A DNA stretch of 63,994 nucleotides, the filler included, from Fonticula-like sp. SCN 57-25 (Eukaryota), in assembly GCA_001724245.1 (NCBI GenBank). It is 8 parts of 8 records of this genome, joined end to end, with 100 filler letters (N's around TTAATTAATTAA, not from the genome) between each part and the next. Parts side by side here need not be neighbours in the genome. Positions count along the whole stretch, not along the records: positions 31,805 to 39,609 come from MEDX01000330.1; positions 39,710 to 49,649 come from MEDX01000331.1; 6 more parts are not named here. The stretch is one strand, 5' to 3'. Below the pieces are notes generated by a model, which ran no database searches, was not told where the DNA came from, and saw nothing but the letters and a program-made list of their open reading frames with translations. Below, one piece after another: positions 35,038 to 45,727 of the stretch (its first letter is position 1; every line of letters begins with the position of its first letter). The position numbers were made by a program, and so were the translations under genes.

Positions 35038-37081
35038 TCACTGCGACGCCCTATGTCGAAACTTTCCCTTCCCCTCCATCGGGCTCGCCACAACCTCCAC
35101 ACTGCTCCTCAGCGCACTCACCTCCTGCGCGAGACTCGCTCTCGCCGCCGTCTCCGCCGCCAAGTCAGCCCTCAACTTTGCCACTTCTTCCCTCAAATCC
35201 GCAATGACGCCATACAAGCTCGCAATGTCGATCAACTGCGCGCCGCTACTTTCCTTTTCCTCTGTCGCGCTCGTCGGCGTCCGCCTCGCGTGCGTCATGT
35301 CGCTCGCCGACGACGAGCGCGCCTTTGCCTCGAGGCGCGGCGGGCGCGGCGGCAGCCACGGCGCGCTCGGCGACGCGGGCGAGCGCGCCGACGGCGGCGA
35401 CGGCGGCCCGCCAGTGAGCGCAGAAAGCGTCAGCGGCGTGCCGCTCGAAAGGGGTCCGCCGGCACTGCGCGGCGGCGAAAGTAGCGAGCTCGGCGACGGC
35501 AGCGAGCCGACCTTGAGCGGCGAGCGCGTTATAGTCGCAGACGTCGGCGCCGAATTGTTGTGCGAGAGAGCGGCGGCGGGCGGCGCGGGTGGGAGATTCT
35601 GCTTGGCGGCGCTGCCTTTGTCAATGGCGGCGCGGTGCATCGCGAGGGGGTAATCGACAGAGGCAGAGCGATTGTGGGCAATGCGTTTTTTGACAGCGGC
35701 ATTGGCCGAGACGGCGGAAACGGAAGCGCCGCCGTCGTCGCTCATGCGGCGCGGAACGTCCACAATTGGATCCGCTGCTAAGACAAAGGTACGTTACAAA
35801 CCGACATTTTTTATGGTGATGCGTACAGTGTGCATGGGCGAGAAGCGACGGCCTGCGTGTCTCGGGCTTGGTAGAAATGCTCAAAGAAGTGTCGGGATCG
35901 GCTAGCGATGCTGAAAAAATGTCAGAAAAAGCACGAAAAAATGCATTACGTACGCGTCTCTCGGAGAGACGGTGTGCCGCCGAAAGCCGCGTCAAAGTCG
36001 GCAAACTCGACGGATGACTTGTTTGACTGCGTGGCGGCGCCGAGAGATGTCGACTCGACGGCTTCTTCGATTGCGCCGAGTGAGAGGCGGCGTCCGACGG
36101 ACGAAGCGCGGCGCGGCGACGACCTTTTTTATGCAAAAATTAGTCCAAAAAGTCACTTTTTTCACCAAAAATGCTATGCGTACTTTATGGGTACGGGCCG
36201 TGACGTGCTTGAGAGCGGCGCCGGCGGCGACATGAGCTCTTCCGACGACGACACGTCCGACAGCGTGTGGCTGAACGACCGCACCGGCGCCGTATTTGCC
36301 GCGGCGACGCGCTGCGCATAAGCAACGAGCTCGTCTGAAAGAACGGCCGGGAGCGCCGCCCCCGATCGCGCGAGCACGGCGAGGTGAACCGCCACGTGGA
36401 ACTCGCCCTCGTCAAAGTAGCCGTCCTTGTTCACATCGGCGAGGTAGCAGACCGACGTCAGCGTCGGAGCGGCGAGGTTTGAGCGCTGAAGGTAGTCCCA
36501 CGTGGCGGCCTTGGAGATGGCCGCGCCGCTCGGGCTCACCTGGCCAAAGCACGCGTGGTAGCGCTGCCGCTCCTCGGACGTGATCATGTGGCTGTTTGGG
36601 GTGTAGGGGGAGACGGAGGGCGCGGGGCGCGTGGCGGGGACGTGCGACGGCGGGCGGATAAACTGGGGTAGCGGGGCGGCTGAAAAAGGCTCGTTAGAGG
36701 GGCGGGATGGGGGGGGATCGCGTACGCTGGACGAGCGAATCGTACGACACGGTGCCGCCATTCTGGACATGGGCAATAAGGCGGAAAAAGCAATAGACCT
36801 GATGACGATCAAAAGATATATTCGAACGGCCATTGAGCGCCTCCCAGATCTGTTTTGACAACCAGTTCAGCCGATCAATCCTTTAAATCCCCCCTGGCCC
36901 CACAACGCACGAGACTGAGCGACGCAACGGGCAGAGACGAAAGCTTTAACAAGTCCTGCAGGGCAACCGAAGAAACAAGGCCGTCATGGTTCCTCTCGAA
37001 CGAGTCGAAAAGATGCGCGTAGGCCTCTGACTCGATCTCGGTGAGAGCGAGCTGCTCCTCTGGAACATCGCCCAGCTGCAT
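35038..37081 (-). CDS. REPS1/2-like endocytic adaptor (two EH domains, Pro/Ser-rich linker, FADF motif, C-terminal coiled coil)
   Basis: EH1 LTEIESEAYAHLF...LSSLPVASLSL|IWE; EH2 ITSEERQRYHACF...LADVNKDGYFDEGEFHVAVHL; FADFDAAF; IADLREEVAKLRADL. Confidence 0.75.
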
Positions 37082-37798
37082 CGCAAAGACGCTGCCCTGC
37101 TCTGTTGTTGCCAGGCGCGCGGATTCCAAACAATTACGGAAAAGATGACTGTGCGTTACGGGTCACGTGTGATTGGATGAATTTCTGGCCATTTATCTAA
37201 AGACCGTGATAGCCTCGCTTGTTTCTGTCCGAATGAAATGAAAATTGTAACGAAGAGAGGTCTGACATAGATGTATCTTGCGAGGTTAAAAGATTCTTGT
37301 GTTATATTTGAATATCTCTAGAAAAATGCGTGTTTCCAAAATCGATTGTTCGAAAACGCCAAAATACACAAATCCTTATAGACAAGAACGATTGAGATAT
37401 GGTGGGTAAAATGTTTCAATACCATATTAAAAAAAGTGCACGTTCTCTTGTTGAATAGCATGTAATATATCGTTCACATATATTGTCCGCATGCAATAGT
37501 CGTTCCTTTTGAATCATACAGCAACTTTATTGCTCCATTTTCGTCCTTTTCCCTTGTCGATTTCCCGCCACTTTTCATCTGTCAGCTTACGCACGGCCGA
37601 CATATTGTCCCATACACATATATGTTATTGATCAACAACCACACAATACATTGGTGCATGTATTTTGTCTGTCTTCTTTGCAGTTTTCTTTCTTTCTTCT
37701 TGCCTTTCCCTTTGGACTTTTTTTTTTCTCATGTTCAATCCAAATACAGTAATGAGTGATAATATTATGCTTATAATAATAATAAAAATGTACAAAAC

Positions 37799-38975
37799 TT
37801 AAACTTTCCCGTCCCTCTGCGTCATCATTTTTCCTTCCTCATCCTCCTCATCGTCCATATCAACTACCGGCACCAAACTGAACCCATCACTCTCCGCCCC
37901 CCCCCCATGCAACAGTGACACACCAACACACATAATCGCAAACCCAAGCAACTGATTGACCACCATAACAATCTCCATTCCCGCACCTTGTGTCAGCCAA
38001 AACTGGGCAAAAATAGTCACAGAAGTAAAACAGACATAATAAACTGGCGAAACAGTCGAAGTTGAAAATACTTCCAAAGCGCGGTTTAAATAGACAAGTT
38101 GGTAAAGAACGCATATGATGATTCCGATGATGAAAAAGTACGTCATTGGGTGCGTGAACTGGTTGTCGCCCTCGGCGGTGAGGCGGATGGCGGAGCCGAG
38201 CGCGCGGCAGCAGACGACGCTGAGGGCGCCGGCGATGGAGCACATCATGACGTAGACGAGGAGGTAGCGGCGGCCGTAGCGGGGGGAAAGTTTCCAGGCG
38301 GCAAAGATCATGAAGAGAACGCACAGGATCGCAAAGGCGAAAAAGGCTGAAAGGAAGAAAAGTTAGAAGGAAAAATGAAAGAAAAGGGCCGAAAAAGGCG
38401 CTTTTTTGTGCAAAAATGGCGCAAAAAGACACAAAAACTGCACAAAAACGACACTTTTCCATTCAAACATTTTCACGATCTCCATGCAACGTACGAGGCG
38501 CGAGGATCATCTGGACGAGCTCGTCCATCGACACTGGCCCCGACTCTTCAGGCGCGTGAAGCAGCAGCACGACAGAGCCGACCATGCACAGCAGGCATCC
38601 GAGCTTGCCGTGCAGATCTAACCTCTCATCAAGAATGAAATGCGCCAGCACAGCGCTGATCACGACGCTCAAGCACCCGACGGGCGTGACGACGATCGCC
38701 GATGCAAACATGTAGGCGGTAAAGTTGGCAAGCTCGCCGACGCCCATCAGGATCGTTCCGGCCCACCACAGCGGGCTCTGCAGGCACGCGAACGAGTGCA
38801 CCGCCCCTAGCACATCGGTCGTTGTCAGTCCATGGCCCATGGGGCATGCAGAATCAGATGACATACCGGTCATCCTGTTGCTCCGAAGAAGCGCCACGCG
38901 CTTTACGACAAAACTAGCGCCAATGCATATTGTAGAAAAGAGCGCAAGCAGTATGCCGATATTCTGCGGCTCCAT
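37799..38975 (-). CDS. NIPA-family magnesium transporter
   Basis: GILLALFSTICIGASFVVKR, WWAGTILMGVGELANFTAYMFASAIVVTPVG, YLNRALEVFSTSTVSPVYYVCFT. Confidence 0.93.
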
Positions 38976-39504
38976 GATCAACGCCCCCGACCCTGATGGC
39001 CACAACCGCGCAGCAGCAGTTGCGGCAATGCCCCGTTTGGACTGGAATCAAGTCTGACGTGTTCCAGCAGTTTGCAGTTTGCACTAAAATTTGCAGTTTG
39101 CATCCATGTGGAATGCAGGAGATCCTGGAGGTCAGGGATGAAAAGTATACAATAAAAGTACAAAAAAAGCAGCGTCAACACGACAAGGGCAATACAGTGG
39201 CCCACCTGGCCATCTTGTCGTTCTTTTTTCTATCTCTTTCTACTATATCTCTTTCTTATAGTCTTACTCGGTTTCACCCGATTTCCCCTGCTCTGATTGG
39301 TCGATTTCGTACCAGTTTGGTGGTCTGTCAACGTGAGCGCCCCCCTGCACGCTGGCAGATCTGCGCGCCGCCTTGTGGCAGAAGAAGAGCAAGCGCGCGC
39401 GGCCCTTTGTCTCACCAGCACGTGGCACCACACGTCGTAACATTTAATTCTCCATGAGTGCATATTTAAAGGTCCGCGAGGCCGATTGCGAGGCCGGCCT
39501 TCCC

Positions 39505-39609
39505 ATGGCCGACATCGCGATCCCGTCATCGAGCAGCGCCCCCCAGGTTGGCCTTCGCTCCCCCCTTTCACCCGTGGACGCGGGCAGGTCCGCCTCTGAC
39601 ACCGCCGTC
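39505..39609 (+). CDS. Possible 5' fragment of an unknown gene, cut by contig end
   Basis: MADIAIPSSSSAPQVGLRSPLSPVDAGR stays open to the gap; divergent from NIPA. Confidence 0.3.
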
Positions 39610-39709
39610 NNNNNNNNNNNNNNNNNNNNNNNNNNNNNNNNNNNNNNNNNNNNTTAATTAATTAANNNNNNNNNNNNNNNNNNNNNNNNNNNNNNNNNNN
39701 NNNNNNNNN
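39610..39709. other. Artificial contig spacer
   Basis: N44-TTAATTAATTAA-N44. Confidence 0.98.
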
Positions 39710-39962
39710 AGCTACACGAGTCCACACCACAGCGCTCGTTGGGGCTGCTTACGGACAGTGCTTCAGCTGCACAAACCTTGCCAAGGATACAAATGTCGGA
39801 TAATTCCTAAAAACTCGCATTCGATTGGTTGAAAAATCGTGATCGCCCGCCACCTAAACCCTGGGGTGACGGCCTTGCTCACTACTTTCACATTTTACCG
39901 CGTGCTCACTTTCCGCCATGGGGGCTGCACCGCGTCGTACTCTGCCTGTGTCGTTTTACGGC

Positions 39963-41518
39963 ATGGGTGTTTACCGCCTGTTCTGGGCTGCTGTTCTCCT
40001 TGCGTGCTTGCCGACTGTCACCAAGGCCGCTGAAAACTTGCTTGGCTGTGCTACTTCCTACGATCCTGCGTTGGACTACTTTCCCCAAAAGTTTCTTACG
40101 GGCGACGACTGGGTGATCTCGTATCACCTTAACTACAAAGTTGTCTATAACCCCTATTCTAACGAAACTATTGTCCTTACTCAATGCGGCACGCCGGCCC
40201 CTACTTCCTACCCCCACGCGAAGCATTACGATGTTCCTGTGACCAAGGTGGGCGCTGGGCAAACTCAGGAGCTTCCCTTCCTGGAGGCCATCGGCAAGCG
40301 CAGCAGCATCAAGATCGTCGCTAGCGAAACCTACATCACTTCGCCCTGCATCAACAAGATGATCGACGATTCCATGATTGAAATTGCCAGCGCGAACGAG
40401 ACGGTGCTTGAGGAGCAGCTGAAGAGTGTGGACGTTTACTTTAACGGCTATGGTACCAACCCTAAATATGTTGCTTTTAGCGCAACTGAAGCCCACGGCT
40501 CGGATAACGTGCGTTGTTGTTTCTTTTGGCAAGGTCTCGTTGCGCGCTAACCCCTGTTCACCGCTTGTAGCGCGCTTCGTGGGTCGGCTTCATTGCAATT
40601 TTTTACAACCTCGAAGCTCAGGCTTCGATTATTCACACTAAGCTTGCGGATAGCTACGATACCCAGTCCAACACAGTTATTACCGAGGTGCGCGTGTGAA
40701 GAAGCGCGCCAGTCTATTTGGCTCATTTTTTTTGTAGACCTCGAGCCGCCCGTCCGTCGCGTGGGTGAACTACGACGCACCCGCGTGGTACAACAATTTT
40801 GAGGCGACCTGGGCCATTTACAGCTCGAGCTACCGCACCGAGTACACCGCCGATGCAGGTGCGCCTCTCTTAACCTATTCTTATCGACGGCTTGCTCATT
40901 ATCCTTCACTCACAGCCGCTACGCTCGTCCCTGCTGGCATTTTCTACTCTGCCGCTGCCGTCGCCGGTGCTTTGGTGTCGGCCGACATTGTCATTGATGA
41001 GACGTATGAGGCCAACGATTACGACAGCTTCTTGAACAATTTCAACCTCAATGCTTCGTCCACCACGTACAAGTTCATCGCGAACAAGCAGGTCTGGCGC
41101 GTGGACCGCGAGCAGAATGAGTTTGGATTCATGGGTATGCTTGTCGCCCTCTCGCTCCTAACTTTATATTCACTCGTGTGCGCAGACTGGTACGAGGGCG
41201 CCGTCCTTCAGATTGACGGTGTGCTCCAAGATCTGATTGCTGTCGTGCACCCGTCGGAGTGCGTTGACCACAAGTTCGTCTGGTTCCGCAACCTTCCTAA
41301 CAATGATCCCGTGACCATTGTGCTGGCTTCTGAGTGCACTGATATCTCGGCTCCGTTGGCCCTTGACACCACTCAATGCAAGCCCCAGTACGTTGGCGTG
41401 TACTTTAAAAGTCTTTGATGCTCACGTTGTTTTTAGTGATTCTGGCGCCAACTCTATTGGCGCGTCGATTGCTCTTATTGCCGCGTCGGCAATTGCTGCC
41501 GTGGCCATGCTCGCGTAA
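39963..41518 (+). CDS. Secreted or GPI-anchored solute-binding-protein-fold protein, CBA1 (cobalamin acquisition protein)-like, multi-exon
   Basis: Signal peptide; motifs DYFPQK, NYKVV, LTQCGTPAP, ITSPC, WVGFIAIFYNLE, ADIVIDET, VWRVDR, DWYEGAVLQIDGVLQDLI, WFRNL; hydrophobic C-terminal tail with no cytosolic extension. Confidence 0.7.
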
Positions 41519-41834
41519 GCGGCGAGGGTATGCTGCGTGTACACGTTAACTTCCTCCTTTCTCGTCTACCGCAATACCTCACCAAGAAACTGAAGTCTTA
41601 ACATCCCCCTTGTCAACTGTCAATGCCCTTCAGTTTCTCTCCTACCGGTCAATAATATAGTTAACTAGGTCGATATGTAGGCATTGCCCTGTAGTTATTT
41701 CAGTGTCGCACGACATCCTGACCATGTAAGGTTCTTCAGACATCGAAATCATTCACAAATCCTGCACAAATCCCGAAAAAAAAATAAGTCCAATTGCCAG
41801 ATAGTTTATAAACGTAAAAAATCTCATTCGTGGT

Positions 41835-41957
41835 GGTCGAATGGTGTAATGGTTAGCACCGTGGACTTTGATTGTCGTGTAGGCGATGAAAGGTATCCAC
41901 TAATCCGAGTTCAATGAAAGGTATCCACTAATCCGAGTTCAAGTCTCGGTTCGACCT
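41835..41957 (+). tRNA. tRNA-Gln(TTG) with an anticodon-loop intron that carries a 28-nt tandem duplication
   Basis: Acceptor stem GGTCGAA/TTCGACC; D-arm TGGTGTAATGGTTAGCAC; anticodon stem GTGGA/TCCAC with TTG at 41868-41870; T-arm CCGAG-TTCAAGT-CTCGG. Confidence 0.9.
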
Positions 41958-41966
41958 GATGGTTTA

Positions 41967-41974
41967 TTTTTTTT
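41967..41974 (+). terminator. Pol III oligo-T terminator
   Basis: Run of 8 T starting 10 nt after the tRNA end. Confidence 0.7.
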
Positions 41975-42063
41975 AGTCTTTTTTTTTAGTTGCCCGCCTG
42001 TTTGCCGCGCATTTTATCTGTTGCTAAAACGCCTCGTCCTGTCGGTGCGTGGGCGCCTGAAGA

Positions 42064-42768
42064 ATGAATCCAATTATTCCTCCGGTCGCCACGCTGGCGA
42101 GCGCAGCTTCGAACCTGGAAGCCTTGTCTTCTAACCCTGGCCCGATCGCTGATGGAGGTTTGTCATCGACGCCAGGGTCATCCGACGGCCGTCGCGTGCG
42201 CCCTCGATTGCCAGACGCCGACGCTAGGTCTGGGGTGAGAGCACAAGTCTTTTTGAGGGGAAGCGATGATAGCGTAATTTCAGTGGATGATGGCGAGGCG
42301 GCTCATGGGAAAGATGCTTCTTCCGTTTCCGGCGCGAGCGGCCAGCGTGTCGGTGTTTCCGTAACCGCGAATATTACCACAACGCTCCCGCCTCCTCCTC
42401 CGTTCAGTCGCATGGCGCCACAAAACACTTTGGATTCCCCCGCCTCCTCCACGCTGTCCTCAAGGATACCGCCCTCGGGGGGGCAACGTCAGGACCAATT
42501 CAGCAATGTCTCGCGCCGCATCCAGCCGTTCCCTTCTTTAGTCCCGGTCCCGATCAAGGCAGCGGAGACCCGCCCGTCATTTCCCCTCAAGCTGGAGCTA
42601 AAGGCCAACATTGTCCCAACGCCTGAGAGTGCTTTCCGTGCGTATCGTAGCTCTCCCCGGACGTCAAAACGCGGATCAATGCACGTTTATGGAGCATATT
42701 TGATCTGGACGCAGGCTGTGCTGCCGCACGCTCTTCCTGACGCGCCAGCGAGAGCACCGCTGGACTAG
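42064..42768 (+). CDS. Hypothetical Ser/Pro-rich disordered protein
   Basis: 234-codon ATG-initiated ORF with no recognisable domain; a possible GTGCGT...GCAG intron near its end. Confidence 0.35.
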   Translation: MNPIIPPVATLASAASNLEALSSNPGPIADGGLSSTPGSSDGRRVRPRLPDADARSGVRAQVFLRGSDDSVISVDDGEAAHGKDASSVSGASGQRVGVSVTANITTTLPPPPPFSRMAPQNTLDSPASSTLSSRIPPSGGQRQDQFSNVSRRIQPFPSLVPVPIKAAETRPSFPLKLELKANIVPTPESAFRAYRSSPRTSKRGSMHVYGAYLIWTQAVLPHALPDAPARAPLD

Positions 42769-43054
42769 TCATTTTATGCATACCCAAGGACACCAATATT
42801 TTATTTTGTGGTACTTCTGGGTAGTTTTTGCGCTTGTACACATTATTTCAACACGTTTTTTTCCGAATTGATATTGATCGTTTGACAGAACCGCAATTGA
42901 CTGACAGACACCTGTGAAACGGACAACGAAAGCAAATGTTTGGTTGATGAGAGAAACGAATGTGCTTTCACAGCCGCAAAGGATCACAATGCGCGTAGTG
43001 AAGCACGTTTGAAGGTTGCAATGAAAAGAAACAAATTGAACGTCAAGCTTAACT

Positions 43055-43891
43055 TCAAGCCTTCACGATCTTCGGGAAGGCAGCGTTGATGTAGCGCTTG
43101 AGAACAAAGCCGGCGTCGATGGCCTAACAGAGAAAGGTTAGAAAAAATCAATTGAAAGCCGCCAAACGTACAGAGGGGAGAATGGCGAGCCACATGAAGA
43201 TGACGGCGGCAAGAATCTGGTCGCGAGTAGGGAAGTAGAGCAGGCCGCCCGACACCTCGGTCATGCACTTGCCGTTCTCGCAGGTGCGATCATAGCCCAC
43301 CGCCATAAACGCGGCAGTAACGGTGATCAAAATAGACGAGGAGACATACATAATGGACTCGAAGAGGAAGAATCCCTTGGTGCGGAAGTCCCGGATATAC
43401 TGAAGGGCAATAAGCAAAAGAACGAAAAGCGTGAACACGGCAATAATGATGCCGATCGAGGCAGCCGAAATAGCAAGCTGGCAAATGTTAGCCTGACCCT
43501 CAATGGTCGTCTCATTGCCGATCTTGATGTAGTTCACCTCATCCGCCCACCTAATGGTCTGGTAGAAGCCGTTGCACATAGGGCCGACGCCAGTCGAGTT
43601 GGTCGGGTAGACAACCGGGTTCTCGCGGTACGACACGGCACCGACAATGCTCAGCGTTACCGTCAAAAAGGCCTACGACAGGGTAAGCGACTGTGATCAT
43701 CGTGCCCTGCCCTTGCAAAAAAGGCGTACGAGCTGGAAAAACTTGAGGATGATCTCAGTTAGAACCGAGTCCATACCAAGGCGCATAGTGCCCGCTATTA
43801 AATCGTACGAGTAAAATGGTGAGCAAGTGGAGCACGTAGGCAAATTTAACGTACGAGTAATCTCAAACTTCTGCTCCTTGTTGCCGCTCAT
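43055..43891 (-). CDS. Four-TM MARVEL-like membrane protein, 4 exons
   Basis: MSGNKEQKFEIT|PGTMRLGMDSVLTEIILKFFQL|AFLTVTLSIVG...CQLAISAASIGIIIAVF...MAVGYDRTC...AAVIFMWLAILPS|AIDAGFVLKRY...; Cys pairs in both extracellular loops. Confidence 0.6.
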
Positions 43892-44013
43892 CGTGCCTGC
43901 CTTTCACTCCTGATCTTTTCGGTTAGACGGGAAGCGTGGTCAAACGTGCCGTTGACTTCTAAATCTATCTGATCCAGATCGAAATCTCGATCTTGATCGA
44001 GGAATTGCTGACG

Positions 44014-45497
44014 ATGCATCCTCGGGTGGTCATTGTTGGAGGCGGGATCGCCGGCTTGGCGGCGGCCCACCGCCTTGCAACGCAAGGTGTGGAAAGGATA
44101 TCTTTGCTAGAGTCTAGTAAGGAACTGGGCGGATGGATGCAGTCATTGTTGCTTTGCGATGAAAAGGGTGCCGAGCACGTTGTAGAGTTTGGTCCCCGCT
44201 CCGTGAGAGATTTCGGTGCAACACTGGCGCTCGCCCACCATGCGGGCCTGGCCGACGACGTCTTGTGCGTCCCGAAGGGTTTAAGCCGCATGGTCAAGCT
44301 AGAGCCGAATCGGCCGTTATTTGACGTCACTGGCATTAAAGCCATGTTTCAAAGCGACCCGTCCAAGGCGGCGGCCCTCGCCCTCGAGGCCGCCGGCAGC
44401 ATCCTGCGCGGCCCAAAGTACGCGCAGCACTCGAGCTTTCCTAGTGCTGATGCAAATTTCATAGACCAATTGACGACTCTACTACACTGGATGCGTTTAT
44501 GCGGTCTCTCTTTGGGCCGGTTGCCGCGTCACTCGCGAGTGCCATGATGCACGGCATCTACGCGGGCGACTCAAAGGGGCTTTCGCTGCGCGCGTGCATG
44601 CCCGCCCTAGAGGCCATGTATGATGGCGGACGAACGCGTTTCCCAGACTTTAATGCTTCGCCACCGCTGATTCCCACCCCACGCATTGATACGCCCAATC
44701 AGTTTGGGAGCATTTCGGATCGCGCCTCGGCATGGACTCTCAAAGGGGGCCTTGGCCGCCTTCCCGTTGAACTGGGCCGCAGTCTCCGTGACCGCGGAGT
44801 GGATATTTCTCTCGAGACGGAAGCAGCGAGCATATCGAGTCACGCCGCGGGTGTTTGTGTGTTGACTACCTCTGGCAAGGCCTTCGAGGCGGACCACGTA
44901 ATCCTTGCCATCCCGCCTCCCACCATCTCTTCATTGCTGCGGCCGGCAGAGGAGGCTGCGGCGAATAAGCTGCAGGAAAACGAGGAGCATGGCGCGGACG
45001 TCCACGTAGTCACAATGTTGGCGAACCGCGCTTTCATGCGTGACGGGACATTCGGCGCGCTCTACAGCAGCGCCGCGACAACCGACGCGCTCGGCGTAAT
45101 CTACTATGACAACATCATCAACCGCAAGGTGAAAGAGGATGAAAACGCTTGTATCAGCGTGCTTTTCGGGGGGCATCTGTATGAGAACGGTACTGTGCTC
45201 GACGAGGCCGGCCATCTTCAACGGGCGCTCGAGGTCGTTAGGGAGTGCGCCCCCAACCCGGACAAGGTGAAGAACATGCCTGTCCACACCTTCCACTACC
45301 GCGCCAACAAGGCGTGCATCCCGCAGTACGCGCCTGGACACACGGAAAGACAAGGCAAGTGGATGCAGGCGCTCGGGGGAGTGCACGGGGGTCGTCTTCA
45401 GTACTGCGGCGGGGCCTGGCAGGGGGTTTCGATTGAGAGCTGTGTAAAGTCGGCGCTGAGGGCGGCCGATGCCGTGATAGGCAAGCATAGAATGTAA
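44014..45497 (+). CDS. PPOX: Protoporphyrinogen oxidase, one intron
   Basis: FAD motif VVIVGGGIAGLAAAH, LGGWMQS, EFGPRS, GIYAGD...LS, CIPQY..GH, GVSIESCV. Confidence 0.92.
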
Positions 45498-45727
45498 ATA
45501 TTTTTGCATTGTTTAATGAAACAATAGATTCTTTGGCAAATACAAAGCAACACACGGATGGAAAGAAACGAAAAGGGTAGAAAAAGGGCTCAATGATACA
45601 CGACTGCCGAGTTAGACTGACATGCCGTCACTCTCGCTCGCGCTATCGCTTTCGTCATCGCTATCACGACGGCGCTTTTCACTCTTGGCAGCCTTTTTGG
45701 ATTTCTACAACCGATAGAGTCAGAAAA

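Noticed and set aside
39710-39962. Cobalamin or TPP riboswitch upstream of the CBA1-like gene
   Set aside because: No recognisable B12-box or TPP core motifs by eye; an Infernal search would be needed to exclude one fully.
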